From Octopus sinensis (Eukaryota): a DNA stretch of 64,000 nt. The notes under the pieces were generated by a model. It was not told the DNA's origin and ran no database searches. It saw only the letters and a list, made by a program, of their open reading frames with translations. Positions 12,686-25,693 of the stretch are shown here, one piece after another. The DNA is taken from NCBI RefSeq assembly GCF_006345805.1, contig NC_042998.1, positions 172,670,001 through 172,734,000 on the forward strand. The letters are read 5' to 3'. Both the position numbers and the translations under genes were made by a program. The first letter of the stretch is position 1, and each line of letters begins with the position of its first letter.

Positions 12686-12890
12686 CCTTTATTACCCACA
12701 AGGAGCTAAACATAGAGGGGTCAAACAAGGACAGACAAACGAATTAAGACGATTACATCGATCCCATTGCATAACTGGTACTTAATTTATCGACCCCGAA
12801 AGGATGAAAGGCAAAGTCGACCTCGGCGGAATTTGAACTTAGAACGTAACGGCAGACGAAATACGGCTACGCATTTCGCCCGGCGTGCTA
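12686..12890 (-). mobile_element. SINE family B
   Basis: Nearly colinear with the copy at 23299-23528. Confidence 0.9.
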
Positions 12891-13096
12891 AATGTGACAA
12901 TCAGTCACTGATCTTTCCAAGGAACAGCCATAAGTGGCGATAAACATTACTTCTCAGTATAGTTGCTACTTTCATCTCTTACAGATATTTTCTAACTCAC
13001 TACTTTGCTTGTTGCCAGATCAATGCTTGATTGTCACTTATTTTTCTATATATTGCGAGCTGGAGCGAATCACTGCTATCTCTAACGGACGGTTGT

Positions 13097-13145
13097 CCAC
13101 CACTGAAGATGAGCACAAATAATTCGAAACCGTACTGTCTGGTGG
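13097..13145 (+). ncRNA. Type-I hammerhead ribozyme motif (mirror copy 12575-12623, -)
   Basis: ccacca-CTGAAGA-t-gag(..)ttc-GAAAC-cgtact-GTC-tggtgg: perfect 6 bp stem I. The mirror arm supplies the gag/ctc stem II. Confidence 0.75.
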
Positions 13146-14584
13146 TCCCATCGTCTGCTAGAGGATGGTAGGGATTCGCTCTCCTGCTTTCAATATATAT
13201 CGGATGCAGATTGCATCGATAACCAGCTGGTGGAGGCTCCTCCTAGGGTTAAAAACGGTGGTAATGTTGGTTCTTATGGAATAGCCATGTTGAAATGGCG
13301 ATAAATATTGCTTCTTATAATATCTTATTACTTTCATCACTTATAGAAATTTTCTAACTAGCTACTTTGTTTGTTGAAAGATAATCATAATTTTACATTT
13401 AAAGTTATTAGTTTCATAACAATCTGAAATTCTGAAAATATTTCACACAATCATTGAATAGATTTAACGATTAATTATCATGATGAAAAATGAATTAGAT
13501 TTGCTGTAATCTTTCTTCAGAAATGACGTCCTTATAAACAGTCATTGGAGTTTTAGCATTAAAGTATTTTATATTAATGTGTATTTGTCGTTATGCAATA
13601 AGTTCGCTGTACAAAGTAGATTATACTGTTAGAGTTTGTTTTGTTAGCAGACACACTAACTTACCAGGCCGTAACATGTCACATAATCTAGGTACCTTAG
13701 AATATCACTAAGCTCTCACTGTTGTCATTGTCAAATGTGCCTTGCTTTAAAAACCGATGCAAATCTGGTCAATCCATATTCAAGTATTTCACTACTTTCA
13801 TCAGAAGATAATGTTGGGAAAGAGAGGACATAAAATGCGAGAGTAACTGTAGTAATACAATATTCAGTTATATACCGGCATATTTGGAATATAAAGGCTG
13901 TTATGATTGACTTCTTTTCACATCGCTTTACAGTTCAGCAAGTTAAATACCATACTAATTCTATCATGAGCCTACTCTTCTCTCGAATTACGTAGCTGCG
14001 CCAAATGAAAGAAATCAGTTTATATATCGTCACAAATTGACCGTTTTCCCTGATTCTTTCCTAGAGGACCTGTCATTCCATCTGTTTTGATAAATCGCCA
14101 GAAAGTAGGAAATAAGCAAACTTTTGATTTTGATGCTACTGAAACAATTTATTCGCAAATTTTCAAATTTTGTTCTGAAGGTTAAAACATTTTTTCTCAT
14201 AGTTACTCTGCTGTGTGGTGATAGAATAGAAGCCATGACAGGCACTGATTGCGCAAATGAAAGAATAAGTTCAATTTTCTTCTCCTTCGTTTATACTTAG
14301 ACATCATTACACAATTTAGCTGCCAGATATTTTTTCATGTCTGCTAATACCTTTTATATAATTTTGTGCTTGCTGAAAGAAAATAATAACATTTTTGTTT
14401 TGATCTATTAGTCTTTCACAAGAAAAAAGCTGGTTTAATATTAGCTCATAAAATTACTCTCCAGTTAGTTATGGAAAAGCTTTTTGTGATATACATTTAA
14501 AGTTTCATTTAAGTTGCAGCAAGTTTGGTATTTTATTTGTTAGGCGTTCAGATATATATATATAAATTTGAAAAACTTTTATAC

Positions 14585-14685
14585 ACATGTACACACACAC
14601 ACATACACACAAACACATACATACACATACACAGACACACACACATGTATGTATGCATCAATCTATCTATCTATCTATCTATCTA

Positions 14686-14725
<40 letters not shown>

Positions 14726-14770
14726 ATCTATCTATCTAGGATATATATATATAATATATATATATAATAT

Positions 14771-14828
<58 letters not shown>

Positions 14829-14837
14829 ATATATATA

Positions 14838-14872
<35 letters not shown>
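14585..14872. repeat. Compound microsatellite (CA)/(CTAT)/(TA)/(GA)
   Basis: Direct inspection. Confidence 0.95.
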
Positions 14873-14873
<1 letters not shown>

Positions 14874-15172
14874 TGGTATAAAATAAGAAAACATACTTGA
14901 ATACACAAATGCCAACCAATTATTTAAAAAAGCGAACGTTTAATACACAAATTCTGGTTAATGATTTTCTAGATCTATTCAAAGGAAATACCCGTAGTCA
15001 ATTACGATTCAATAAAACAGCTTACGTTACTGCAAGTCTTGATTTAAGAGTAGTACATCTTGTTTTTCTAACTCTGGCACAATTCTATAGATCTACGGTA
15101 GTACGTGTATTACCAATCCTGGATATATAATAAGTAAAAAGTTGATCTTAGTGGAATTTGGAATTCATACTA

Positions 15173-15739
15173 TTGGGTTGCCCTGAAAGTTCGTGCCGAT
15201 TTATAGTAGCTTACATTTCGACTTAATTTAGAACATGGTTGAGTCTATGAAATAGGATTTGATTACACCCCCATTTAGAGCACAGTTTAAGCTATCTTTT
15301 CGTGGGAGAAGGTTTATGTTCCTATTACCTATGTTAATTTTGTAACCCTTTAAAATGGAAGATAAGAAAATTCCTTTTCGGCTCTTGATGCTTTGGGAAC
15401 CAGACAAAAATTGCTGCGGATCGGCTGGGATGTGTTACCCAACCCTCCATAGTCACCAGATATTGCTCCTTCGGATTTTCATTTGTTAAGATCTCTGCAG
15501 AATAGACTTAATGGTAAAAATTTCAATTCTTTGGATGACGTAAAAAGATAACTTGATGAATTCTTTGCCATGAAATCACCTCAATTCTGGAAAGAGGGTA
15601 TTTTCAAGTTAAAGGAAAGATGGAGACATATTGTGCCAAAAAAATGGTTCATATTTGATTGATTAAAAATATAATGGCAAGTATTTATTGATCTTTTTCT
15701 TTCCTTTAAAAATCGGCACGAACTTTCCGGACAACCCAA
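15173..15739 (+). mobile_element. Internally deleted mariner retaining the transposase C-terminus
   Basis: TA at 15171-72 and 15740-41. 30 bp TIRs ttgggttgccctgaaagttcgtgccgattt (2 mismatches). Encodes LGWDVLPNPP*SPDIAPSDFHLLRSLQNRL...KERWRHIV. Confidence 0.92.
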
Positions 15740-15865
15740 TAAAAAGCATTTTTCCCGCTGTCCCAACGGTTTTGTCTACAACCTTCGGCGATGGAATATA
15801 TTCATAATGTTTACATCGTCATAACGTTTACGAATTTGTGTTGCAAGATTCCTGATGTGAAATCG

Positions 15866-16262
15866 ATATTGTTATATTTCGGCACTTTTTTTTTGCCAAA
15901 TAAACACATACACCATATATTCGTTCTTCACACGTTTATTACTGTTCTCATTTTAACTGATGTACATTGTCCGGAAATCTTTCGTCACACATCCGTGACC
16001 TCTTCAGCTAAACTTTCCGTCATTGTGCATGCTCCTGCTCCGTTTAGTCCATAGACTAAAGATGGACTAAAAGGAACAGGAAGACACACATGGACGGAAA
16101 AGGTCGCTGAAGAGGTCACAGATGTGTGACGAAAGATTTCCGGGCAATGGACATCAGTTAAAATAAGAACAATAATAAACGAGTGAAGTTTAACGAATGT
16201 GTTTATTTGGCAAAACAAAAAACACTAAAAGAAGTGACCATACCGAAATATACCGATATTTA
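15866..16262. mobile_element. Imperfect ~400 bp palindrome with hammerhead-like motifs in both arms
   Basis: Centre tttagtccat-9nt-atggactaaa (16043-16071). Arms carry CTGAAGA-g-GTCAC(agatgt)GTGAC-GAAA-gatTTC at 16102-16145 (+) and 15969-16011 (-). Confidence 0.75.
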
Positions 16263-16939
16263 CACCTTCAGATTGTAGAAAACATTCACATCTCTGGTGG
16301 TGGCAGGGATTTTTAAGAGGTCTATGTAAGACAGACAACGCGCGCGCGCACACACGTATGCACATATAGATATACACACAGACGTTCACATGTATACTCT
16401 CACACACTCTCACACACACTCGTACACACTCACACAGTGAGTGTACTGATTTTTGGTTTGACATAGTAAAACATTCTAATACTCAATTTGAAGCCCTTCC
16501 ATGTGAATAATGATAATTAGCTAAGGTATTCGAGTAGATGGTAATTGTAATGGATGTTACTGATCCCCTTAAGATACTTGACATCAGATTACCGTCACGT
16601 TAATAGTCACTCTAATGCCAATACAAATGCATTGTATAAATTTAATGGCATAATTACTAGTATCTGAATATGTCGAAAAAAAAACTGCAAGCAACACACA
16701 CGTAAACTAAGCAATACACAAACGCTTACAAACACATCTTCACACAGACACACACGTACACACATACACACAAATATATATAGAAATGTATCGGCAGTGG
16801 TTTTGCGAGAGCTTTCTTGCATATCTTTAAATGAATAACTGGAAAAACCATCAGGGCCCTATTCTGTGTTCAATTTCATCTTGTCGATATCTATGCTTAC
16901 CTCTTCCTTGTTTTGATTTACAGTTTTGAAGAACTAATC

Positions 16940-17110
16940 ACACTAATTCATTTGGATATGCCCAGCGAGCAGGTGAAAACACTTTGGAATTGTTTATTTA
17001 GTATTTCACTTATCCGTAGGGGATCTGCAGTCAGTGAGTCTTTTCTTGAAATAGTGGTTCTGTCTAGTAGATCACCGAGGCTAATAAAATGTCTTTTATT
17101 TTTACATTTT
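16940..17110 (-). mobile_element. Old CR1/Jockey-like LINE fragment
   Basis: Minus strand reads DRTTISRKDSLTADPLRISEILNKQFQSVFT, resembling the AE.LN..F.SVFT motif upstream of the RT. Confidence 0.4.
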
Positions 17111-17511
17111 CGATTGCCTTGGTTTCTTTTTCTTCCCTTTCTTTCCCATCTGATTTATTTTCAATCTCTACAGTTACTTCTGGCTGTCATTGAGCTCTCT
17201 ATTTAAATAGTTTGAGATTTTAATTCTATGTCTAATAATGAATATCCTCCTGACTGGGGGAATAATGCTTTTATGTATATTGGCTTCCCACACTGGCAAA
17301 CATTTTATGTTTATGGTTTTTATTAAGGACATAAATAACAAAGTCCCATTTTGTTCTCCACAGACGTAAAGGGCAGACTGCCAACATTGATAAATAAATA
17401 TACTTATCCATTCAATACAATATTTTGAATTACATATCAGATAATGTTTGCACTCTATACATCATATATTGGTATGTAGTACATATATCTAGCATAACCA
17501 TATATATAATT

Positions 17512-17542
<31 letters not shown>

Positions 17543-17574
17543 AGATAATAGATAGATAGATAGACATATATAAA

Positions 17575-17890
17575 GGTGCATGGCTCAGTAGTAAGAGCAT
17601 CGGGCTTACACTGATCAGGCAGTGAGTTCGATTCCAGGACCGGACTGTGTCTCGTGTTCTTAAGCAAGACACTTTATTTCACGTTGCTCCAGTTCACTCA
17701 GCTGTAGAAATGAGTTGCAACGTCACTGGTGCCAAACTGTATCGGCATTTACCTTTCTTTTGGACTGCATCAGTGACGTGAATAAGGGAGACTAGTATGC
17801 ATGGGTGATTACTGGTCTTCCGTAAACAACCTTACCTGAACTTGTGCCTCGGAGGGGAAATTTCTAGGTGCAATCATATGGTCATTCATT
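17575..17890 (+). mobile_element. tRNA-headed SINE with a CORE/V-type central motif
   Basis: A box tggctcagtagtaag, B box gagttcgattcc, then gtgttcttaagcaagacacttt...gctccagttcactcagctgt. Confidence 0.75.
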
Positions 17891-17902
17891 TACCCTTTTC
17901 TT

Positions 17903-18310
<408 letters not shown>

Positions 18311-18420
18311 GCGTGTCGTTTGACAGAAAGAAAGAGTCATCTCCTGCACTGCCATAACACTTGTTTAAATGTTCTCATATTGGACATATTTCACAACGAC
18401 TAGAGGTTCGAAACTCCTGT

Positions 18421-18487
18421 TGTATGACACAGTTATTAAATTGGCTTCAAACTTAGTTTGAAGCCAATTTAATAACTGTGTCATACA
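18421..18487. repeat. Perfect palindrome, 33 bp arms, 1 nt spacer
   Basis: tgtatgacacagttattaaattggcttcaaact-t-agtttgaagccaatttaataactgtgtcataca. Confidence 0.95.
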
Positions 18488-18546
18488 GATGCTCGAACCA
18501 CTATACGATTATGTGTCGAAATGAACGGGACATTCATCATGCATAA

Positions 18547-18589
<43 letters not shown>

Positions 18590-18617
18590 TGTGTGTGTGT
18601 GTTTGTGTGTGTGTGTA

Positions 18618-18822
18618 TATAGTTAATCCAAACATGAAAACACCAAGAGAAAACACAACAACGCGAGGATGTGGAACAAATATAGTATTATTGGACGCTC
18701 AGGAAGGAAGGAAAGAAGAAGGGTTTTACGTTTCGAGCGGAGCTCTTCGTCAGAAACATAGGAAAAGGAAAAATCCAGAGAAGGGAAGACGGAGGAAAAT
18801 AAATCACCAATGGCACACACGC
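18618..18822 (-). mobile_element. ~200 bp solo PLE-like terminal unit with an intact minimal hammerhead (18723-18757)
   Basis: gttt-CTGACGA-a-GAG(ctccg)CTC-GAAAC-GTA-aaac. Flanked by microsatellites; a truncated relative lies at 36785-36903. Confidence 0.75.
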
Positions 18823-18824
18823 GG

Positions 18825-18863
<39 letters not shown>

Positions 18864-18881
18864 ACACACAAACACACACAC

Positions 18882-18935
<54 letters not shown>

Positions 18936-19120
18936 TACAAAATGGGACAAGAAAGCAAAACATCCGGACAGCTAGGTAATACAAAAATAGGACGACAAAA
19001 CATCCAGATAGAATATACAAAGAAAACAAGGACGGGTCATACGAAAATTTCTTTCCTCAGTCAAGCACCAGATTATCCTCGCAATTTCGGTTGATTATAT
19101 ATATATACATACATACATAC

Positions 19121-19192
<72 letters not shown>

Positions 19193-19194
<2 letters not shown>

Positions 19195-19396
19195 CGGGAA
19201 GCTTTATGAAAATAAACAAAAGACGAAGGCAGGTGGAAAACAAACGAACAATTGTATTAGTATGGCTCTAAGGAAATATAAATAAAACAAGTCTTTAACG
19301 TTTCGAGCCTACGCTCTTCAACAGAAAGATACACAGAGAGAGAAAAACACAGAAAGAAGGAGAGAAAAAAAATGCGTGCAGTAGCTAACGAATCAA

Positions 19397-19410
<14 letters not shown>
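19193..19410 (-). mobile_element. ~215 bp solo unit in (TA)n with a variant hammerhead (19292-19329)
   Basis: tcttt-CTGTTGA-a-GAGC(gtag)GCTC-GAAAC-GTT-aaaga. Homologous to 40789-40930. Confidence 0.7.
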
Positions 19411-19453
<43 letters not shown>

Positions 19454-19467
19454 ATACAATTATATAT

Positions 19468-19502
<35 letters not shown>

Positions 19503-20177
19503 TATACATATATATATATAAAATTATACGTATAGCTTTTCATACAGCAATCTTGTTGTCTCCTTAATGGCATGTGAGCTTTGGAGAGTTCCTAATACTT
19601 TAGATTATCTTTCTCTTTTATATGGAGCTTGTCTTAGTTGCCATTTAATAATTACGGCATAATTTTAATGAATCAAGAATTTATATTGTATGGTATCTGG
19701 TATACCTGTATTTTTCACATTCTTTCACATTACATAATTTCGTCTTCAATAGACTATATCTTAAAATATTTTATCTATAAAATATGGCATAAGAACGGTT
19801 TGAACGAACCTTTGCTCCAGCAAGATTTACTTGGGATTTAAAAAAACTCGAAAACCCAGTAACGTACTAATATAATCTTGTATGTGTTCCTAAGTTCTTA
19901 AGGATGGAATATAGTCATATACATTACTTTAATGTAGTTTGAATTGCGTGGAATGAGGTAATATTTCTAATAATTATCAATGATTTAATTACATATGTAT
20001 AGTTACTTGAAATACAAGATAGAAACCATAGCAATATCGGCAAAATGCTGATACAAGCGATTATATAAAGCAATGGTTATGTCTCGAACAAATCTTCTCT
20101 TATCAAATCTAATTAAATTATGGCTTTTGTGATTAAATAATTGTTTCTAATTAAAGTACAAGGTCGTATTTTGAGAG

Positions 20178-20340
20178 TTGGGGGCTTAGTCGATTCCATA
20201 GATCACAGTACTTGCCAGGTACTTTATTTCATCGACTACGACAGGATAAAAAGGTTTTCGATGGGATTTTTAAGTTCAGAATATTAAAAGTTCGAAGAAA
20301 TACTGAGACGTATTTTGGCTTACGCACCAACGATTTAACC
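20178..20340 (-). mobile_element. Diverged SINE family B
   Basis: ggtactttatttcatcgac...ggataaaagg...aagttcagaa. Confidence 0.5.
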
Positions 20341-20947
20341 AATCTACCACGTTCTAACGAAATAACAACTAATTGGTGCGTGAAAGACAAAACAATCTTC
20401 ACAGGTAATCTTTTCTTTCATTAAAATTGACTAAAAATTTAGAACGTTGTTTATCATTTACCAATTAAGACAATTTTTTTAAATCATGATTAGAGGCAAC
20501 AAAGGTGGGAGAGAGGGAGCAGGAAAGAGAAAGAAAGTGAGAGAGAGGGAGAAGAAGTGACATATAAAGTGACAGAAATTGAGAGAGAATGCAAAGAAGG
20601 GGAAGGAAGAAAAAGAGGTTAATGAAAGAAAGCAAAATATTCAAGAATAGGACAGGACAATGTTGCCAGATATGTCCACTAGCTGCTGTGCAGTAAAGCA
20701 CAGAAAATTCTAGATGTTAAAGTTTTAAGATTTTGTAAAGCCGCACAGAGAAAACTGTAGTGTTTTTAGAATGAAAAGGATGTTTACATTTTCGAATACT
20801 CAAGGAAAAAGGAAAGGATAGGTATTCAAAAAAGTTGTAGATATTCAAAGGTTTTGTTGGTCGTTTATGTGTTTGGAAACTGTATATATGTAAGTTACTT
20901 TATTTATTTTGAGGTAAATTTAAAATACAGGAAATTGTAGATTGCTA

Positions 20948-21256
<309 letters not shown>

Positions 21257-21748
21257 CAAACTGTAGTCTTATTTTCATCACGGGCTTTCACTGCACTACC
21301 GAGCGCAGCTCTGTGTGCCTGGGGAATGGGCTGTGGTTTGTTGTAATGCTCTTATTTATACTGTATTGAAAGTGCTTTACGTAGGATGTGTGCAATGCCT
21401 AGTAGTGCTATTTTCTGTATGTTATATGTACTTGTTAGTCCTTGTGTTTTGTTATGTATTTGTCTGAATATTTTTATCAGGAATTATTTCTGTTTTTAGA
21501 CTCCACATTTGAATTTTCTTCTATTTCCAGATCTTTGTATTTTGAAAGTTTTTCCGTATCTTTTAGAGAAAAAAATGTCATTTGTTGGTATTGATACATC
21601 GATTAGAAAGCGTTTTTTCCTTGGTGATCTCTGACAATTACAACCGGCCTATTGGATTAATTTCTCTGACTGTGTGTATTAGCATATCCCAGAGTATCGA
21701 TGCTTTCTCATTTACTTTGGCTTTTCTGTTGTTATTCCATAGTGTTTT
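21257..21748 (-). mobile_element. R4/Dong-like RLE LINE 3' fragment (diverged subfamily)
   Basis: Homologous to the 3' ends at 25774, 32493 and 45202 (cactaccgagcgcagctctgtgtgcc); encodes the RPVVIVRD..LIDV RLE region. Confidence 0.85.
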
Positions 21749-21872
21749 CATCATCATCATCATCATCATCATCTTCTTCTTCTTCTTCTTCTTCTTCTTC
21801 TTCTTCTTCTTCTTCTTCTTCTTCTTCTTCTTCTTCTTCTTCTTCTTCTTCTTCTTCTTCTTCTCATTATTT

Positions 21873-22090
21873 AAGACAGCGTGCTGGAAGAGTCCTTAGC
21901 GGGCTGGAAGAAATGCTTAGCGGTATTTCGCCCGTCGCAACGTTCTGAGTTCAAATTCCACCGAGGTCAACTGTGCCTTTCAACCTTTCAGGGTCGATTA
22001 AGTAAGTACTAGTGAAACAAGGAGGGTCAATATTATCTACTTATTCCTCCTCCAAGATGGCTGCCCTTGTAGAAAACTTTGAAACCATTA
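21873..22090 (+). mobile_element. SINE family B after a (TTC)n tract (21773-21864)
   Basis: gaaatgcttagcggtatttcgcc...gttctgagttcaaattccaccgaggtcaac. Confidence 0.85.
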
Positions 22091-22135
22091 TCATTATATG
22101 AAAACACATAGCTTATTTTGCTGGGTGTGATGGAC

Positions 22136-24885
22136 AGTGTCAGCTGTCCACAGCCAGCAGACTAAGGCGAAGAATTCTTGCAGTTCCAAGCGATGCTGAT
22201 TTATATAGGTGTTCTACCTTCACACTTACACCAATCTTTTTCAGACATTTTGGTAGTTGAGTGCTGATACTTCCAAGTGCACCTGTTACTATCGGCATTA
22301 CATCTACTCTCTTCATAGAGCACAAACTTCGTATTTCCCACTTCAAATCGTCATAGTTGTATATTTTTCTTTTTTCACATTGATCTTGTTGTCATCAGGG
22401 CATGCTGTGACAATTATCATACATGTTCTGTCTTTTTTTTTCCACCACAACAATGTTCTGTTTCCGATGTCTGGATCATTGCATCCCGCAGGATAGTGCA
22501 ATTCTCATTTTCGGTTACTCCTTCTGGACTTTGCTTATACCACGACTTTGCTCTTTATAGGTCTTGCTTTCCACAGAGCTCCCAATGGATCATGCTTGCC
22601 ACATTGTCTTGACGTCCTTTGTATTCGCGTTGTGCCAGTTTCGGGCATTCACTAACGATGTACAATACCTTTTGACCCCTCTGACCACACATTCTGCATT
22701 TGTCGCTATTGGTAGTGTTGTCTATTTTTAATGCTTGTTCCTGAGCTGTGCATACGGGTGCTTCTGTCTCTACCTTCAGGTCACTCCTTCTCATCCATAG
22801 CTACTGGTCCTCTGTATCTGTCTTCCTGTTCACATCTCTTTCAAACTGACGGTACATTTTCTTTAACTTCCATGCTTTTTCTTATTTTGTTCATTTCTTT
22901 AGTTTCACAATTTTCAGTTTTGATAGCGCCGGCCTTCTTCATGTGTTTCAACAGTGGCTCCACGTTATTTTTCATATACCGCTTTAAGCTGTTTTCTTCT
23001 GCTTCAATACAATCATGACAACTGATGAAACCGCTCTCACCGTTTCTTCTAGGCAATTACAGCCTATCAGTGTACTCTTAGTGTGGAAGGCTCCACGTAA
23101 TGTTAACACTTTTCTGATCTTGGTATCCATTTCATCCGCTTCTCTCTTTTGCCATTTTATAATTCCCGCTCCATACCGAAGTGATGCTATTGCCCACGTA
23201 TTAACCGCTTGGATTTTATTCCATCTAGCCTTCGGAAATACTCCCTCTTCAGTTTCACTTTCATTTCCTTTTCCACTAACTCGTTGAACTCTAGTATATA
23301 TTTCTTTACTACCCACAAGGGGCTAAACACAGAGGGGACAAACAAGGACAGACAAAGGGATTAAGTCGATTACATCAACCCGTGCGTAACTGGTACTTAA
23401 TTTATCGACCCCGGAAGGATGAAAGGCAAAGTCGACCTCGGCAGAATTTGAACTCGGAACGTAACGACAGACGAAATACGGCTACGTATTTCGCCCGGCC
23501 TGCTAACGTTTCTGCCAGCTCGCCGCCATGAACTCTAGTATACCAATGTAGTTGCATCCTTCCGTTTCAATTTGTTTAATCAAGTATCTATTCGGTAATT
23601 CTATCCCTGCTAGAGACTGTACCTTGCCTCTTTTTAAGCACATTATTCCGTACTTCTTGAGCACAAATTCCGTTCTAATATCAGTACTAAGACAGTGGAT
23701 CGTGTTCACCAAGGAACTCACTTGTGTCTCATCTTTGTCATACAGTTTCAAATCATCCATGAAGAGGAGGTGGTTGATTGTTTGGGATTTTTCCTCTAGT
23801 TGGTACCCCAGCTTCATTTTCTTAAGTACCAAGACCAGGGTATCATGCAGAGTACAAAAAACAACGGAGATAGGCTGTCACCTTGGAAAATCTCTCTTCT
23901 GTTACCCAGGGTGCCCAAGCTTTTTCTGTAAGATGTTAGTACAGTTTTCCATCCCACCATACTTCTCTTCAGGAAATACGTTACGTTCCTCGTAATTCCA
24001 AACAGATTTAAGCACTCGATAATCAATCCAGGCCATTCCCCAATTGGTTCTCCTTCGTTTACAATCTTGCATTACCATTTTGCCTATCAATTGTTGATCT
24101 TTGATACCTCAGCATCTCATTCTGCAGTCTTTTTGTTCCGTCGGTAATATATCATTCTCATCAAGAAATTTATACAGTTCTGCTGCAATTCCTCCTGACA
24201 GTAACTTCCACATTAATGGGAGGCAGGAAATTGGTCTGTAATTGTCAGCAGTATTTCTCTTTGATGCATCCCTCAGGCACAAAACCGTTCGTCCTTTTGT
24301 CAACCAGCCCGGGATTTCTTCTTTTCCATTGATCAATGCACTTAATTGCTCTGCGATCAATTTATGGAAACAGCTGAACTATTTTTTATCCAAAATCCCT
24401 GTATACCATCAGGTTCTGCTGCTTTCCAGTTGTTCATCTTTTTACTCATATTTCTCATACTGTCTTCTGTGAAGTGGATAGCCTCTTGCCGGGGATAAGA
24501 AACTGTAGTATCATGTTGTTCTTGTTTACTCCATATCTTACCCCAGAAAAGTCGGCTTTCATCAGCATCGGGGACTTACCTTCTACGTTTTTTATCATCG
24601 TTAATCTCTTGGTAAAATCCTTTTTGGTTGGTTGTAAACAATTTGTTTTCACGGTATTGCTTAATCCGTTGTTCAAACCGAGGTAGCTTTGTTGTTTTTT
24701 GCATATATACGCTGCTTCAGTTCTTCAATTACAACATTCAGGCCTTTGTACCTACACCGTACTTCATAACTTTTTCGAATTTCCATTCATTCTTAAGTTC
24801 TCCATTTCTTTTCCTGACAAGTATTGACACTACATTGTTCAAGGAATTTATATCTTCAGAAATTCTCCTTTTCCACCACGGTTGT
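22136..24885 (-). mobile_element. Old RLE-type (R4-like) LINE, degenerate RT, Zn knuckle and RLE
   Basis: Fragments [75 protein letters not shown], in multiple frames. Confidence 0.9.
23299..23528 (-). mobile_element. Young SINE family B inserted into the old LINE, with a 14 bp TSD
   Basis: tgaactctagtata at 23285-23298 and 23529-23542. Confidence 0.93.
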
Positions 24886-25039
24886 TTCTTCTTCTTCTTC
24901 TTCTTCTTCTTCTTCTTCTTCTTCTTCTTCTTCTTCTTCTTCTTCTTCTTCTTCTTCTTCTTCTTCTTCTTCTTCTTCTTCTTCTTCTTCTTCTTCTTCT
25001 TCTTCTTCTTCTTCTTCTTCTTCTTCTTCTTCTTCTTCA
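24885..25039. repeat. (TTC)n microsatellite
   Basis: Direct inspection; source of the poly-K/S/L/F ORFs. Confidence 0.97.
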
Positions 25040-25430
25040 TATCATTTTCCTTCTTTGTTCAAGTTTTCTTCTGTTTCTCGCCGAGTGATTTCCGTACACC
25101 TAGGGCAGAGAGCTTCATTATATGCATTCCCAGATTACGCACGCAAATTCACAGGTAAAATATGTATTTAAAAATTAATAACTAAATAAATTCATGAATA
25201 GATGTTGTTTTCAGAGCGATAATGCTCTTCTTAATACATGAGCCGTTCCAGTTTGCACTTCCCGTAAGGATGGTAAGCCTGGTATCATTTTCAAATAGAT
25301 TTCAGTACCTTTTTTCAATCATTCCTAGAGATCCTACAATCACTGGTACTGTAGGCGCCTTGAGATGCCACATTTTTTCAATTTCTATTAGCAAGTCTTT
25401 ATATTTACTGATCTCGATGCCCCATTCTTT
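25040..25430 (-). mobile_element. RLE LINE 3' fragment (second family), tail abutting (GAA)n
   Basis: Minus strand IEKMWHLKAPTVPVIVGSLGMIEKGTE; related to 47670-48029. Confidence 0.8.
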
Positions 25431-25519
25431 CAATTTCTATTAGCAAGTCTTTATACTGATCTTTATTATTATTATTATTATTATTACTTTATACTGATCT
25501 TTATTATTATTATTATTAT

Positions 25520-25693
25520 TATTACTTTTTTTTTCTTCTTTCAAATTTGCTTCCATTTCTTGCCGAGTGTCTTCCCGACTCCTAGGGCAAAGAAACTCAT
25601 AGTATACATTGGTAGGCCATTAAACCAAACTTTTTTTTTTTTAAGTTAAATTAAATATACTGAGCAGCAACAGTTCTCACATCGACAATGCTC

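Larger units (their letters stand above)
12385..13385. mobile_element. Inverted pair of PLE-like terminal repeats (~12385-12680 and ~13045-13385) with hammerhead motifs, interrupted by a SINE and a third partial copy (12920-13025)
   Basis: Arms are reverse-complementary, e.g. gttatcgatgcaatctgcacccgat / atcggatgcagattgcatcgataac. Confidence 0.8.

Noticed and set aside
14064-14180. Possible + strand exon after a pyrimidine tract (GPVIPSVLINRQKVG...)
   Set aside because: Weak donor, no partner exons, no recognisable domain
18935-19095. Hammerhead-like words (GAAA...CTGAGGA) in a (TA)n-flanked unit
   Set aside because: Stems do not pair in any hammerhead topology
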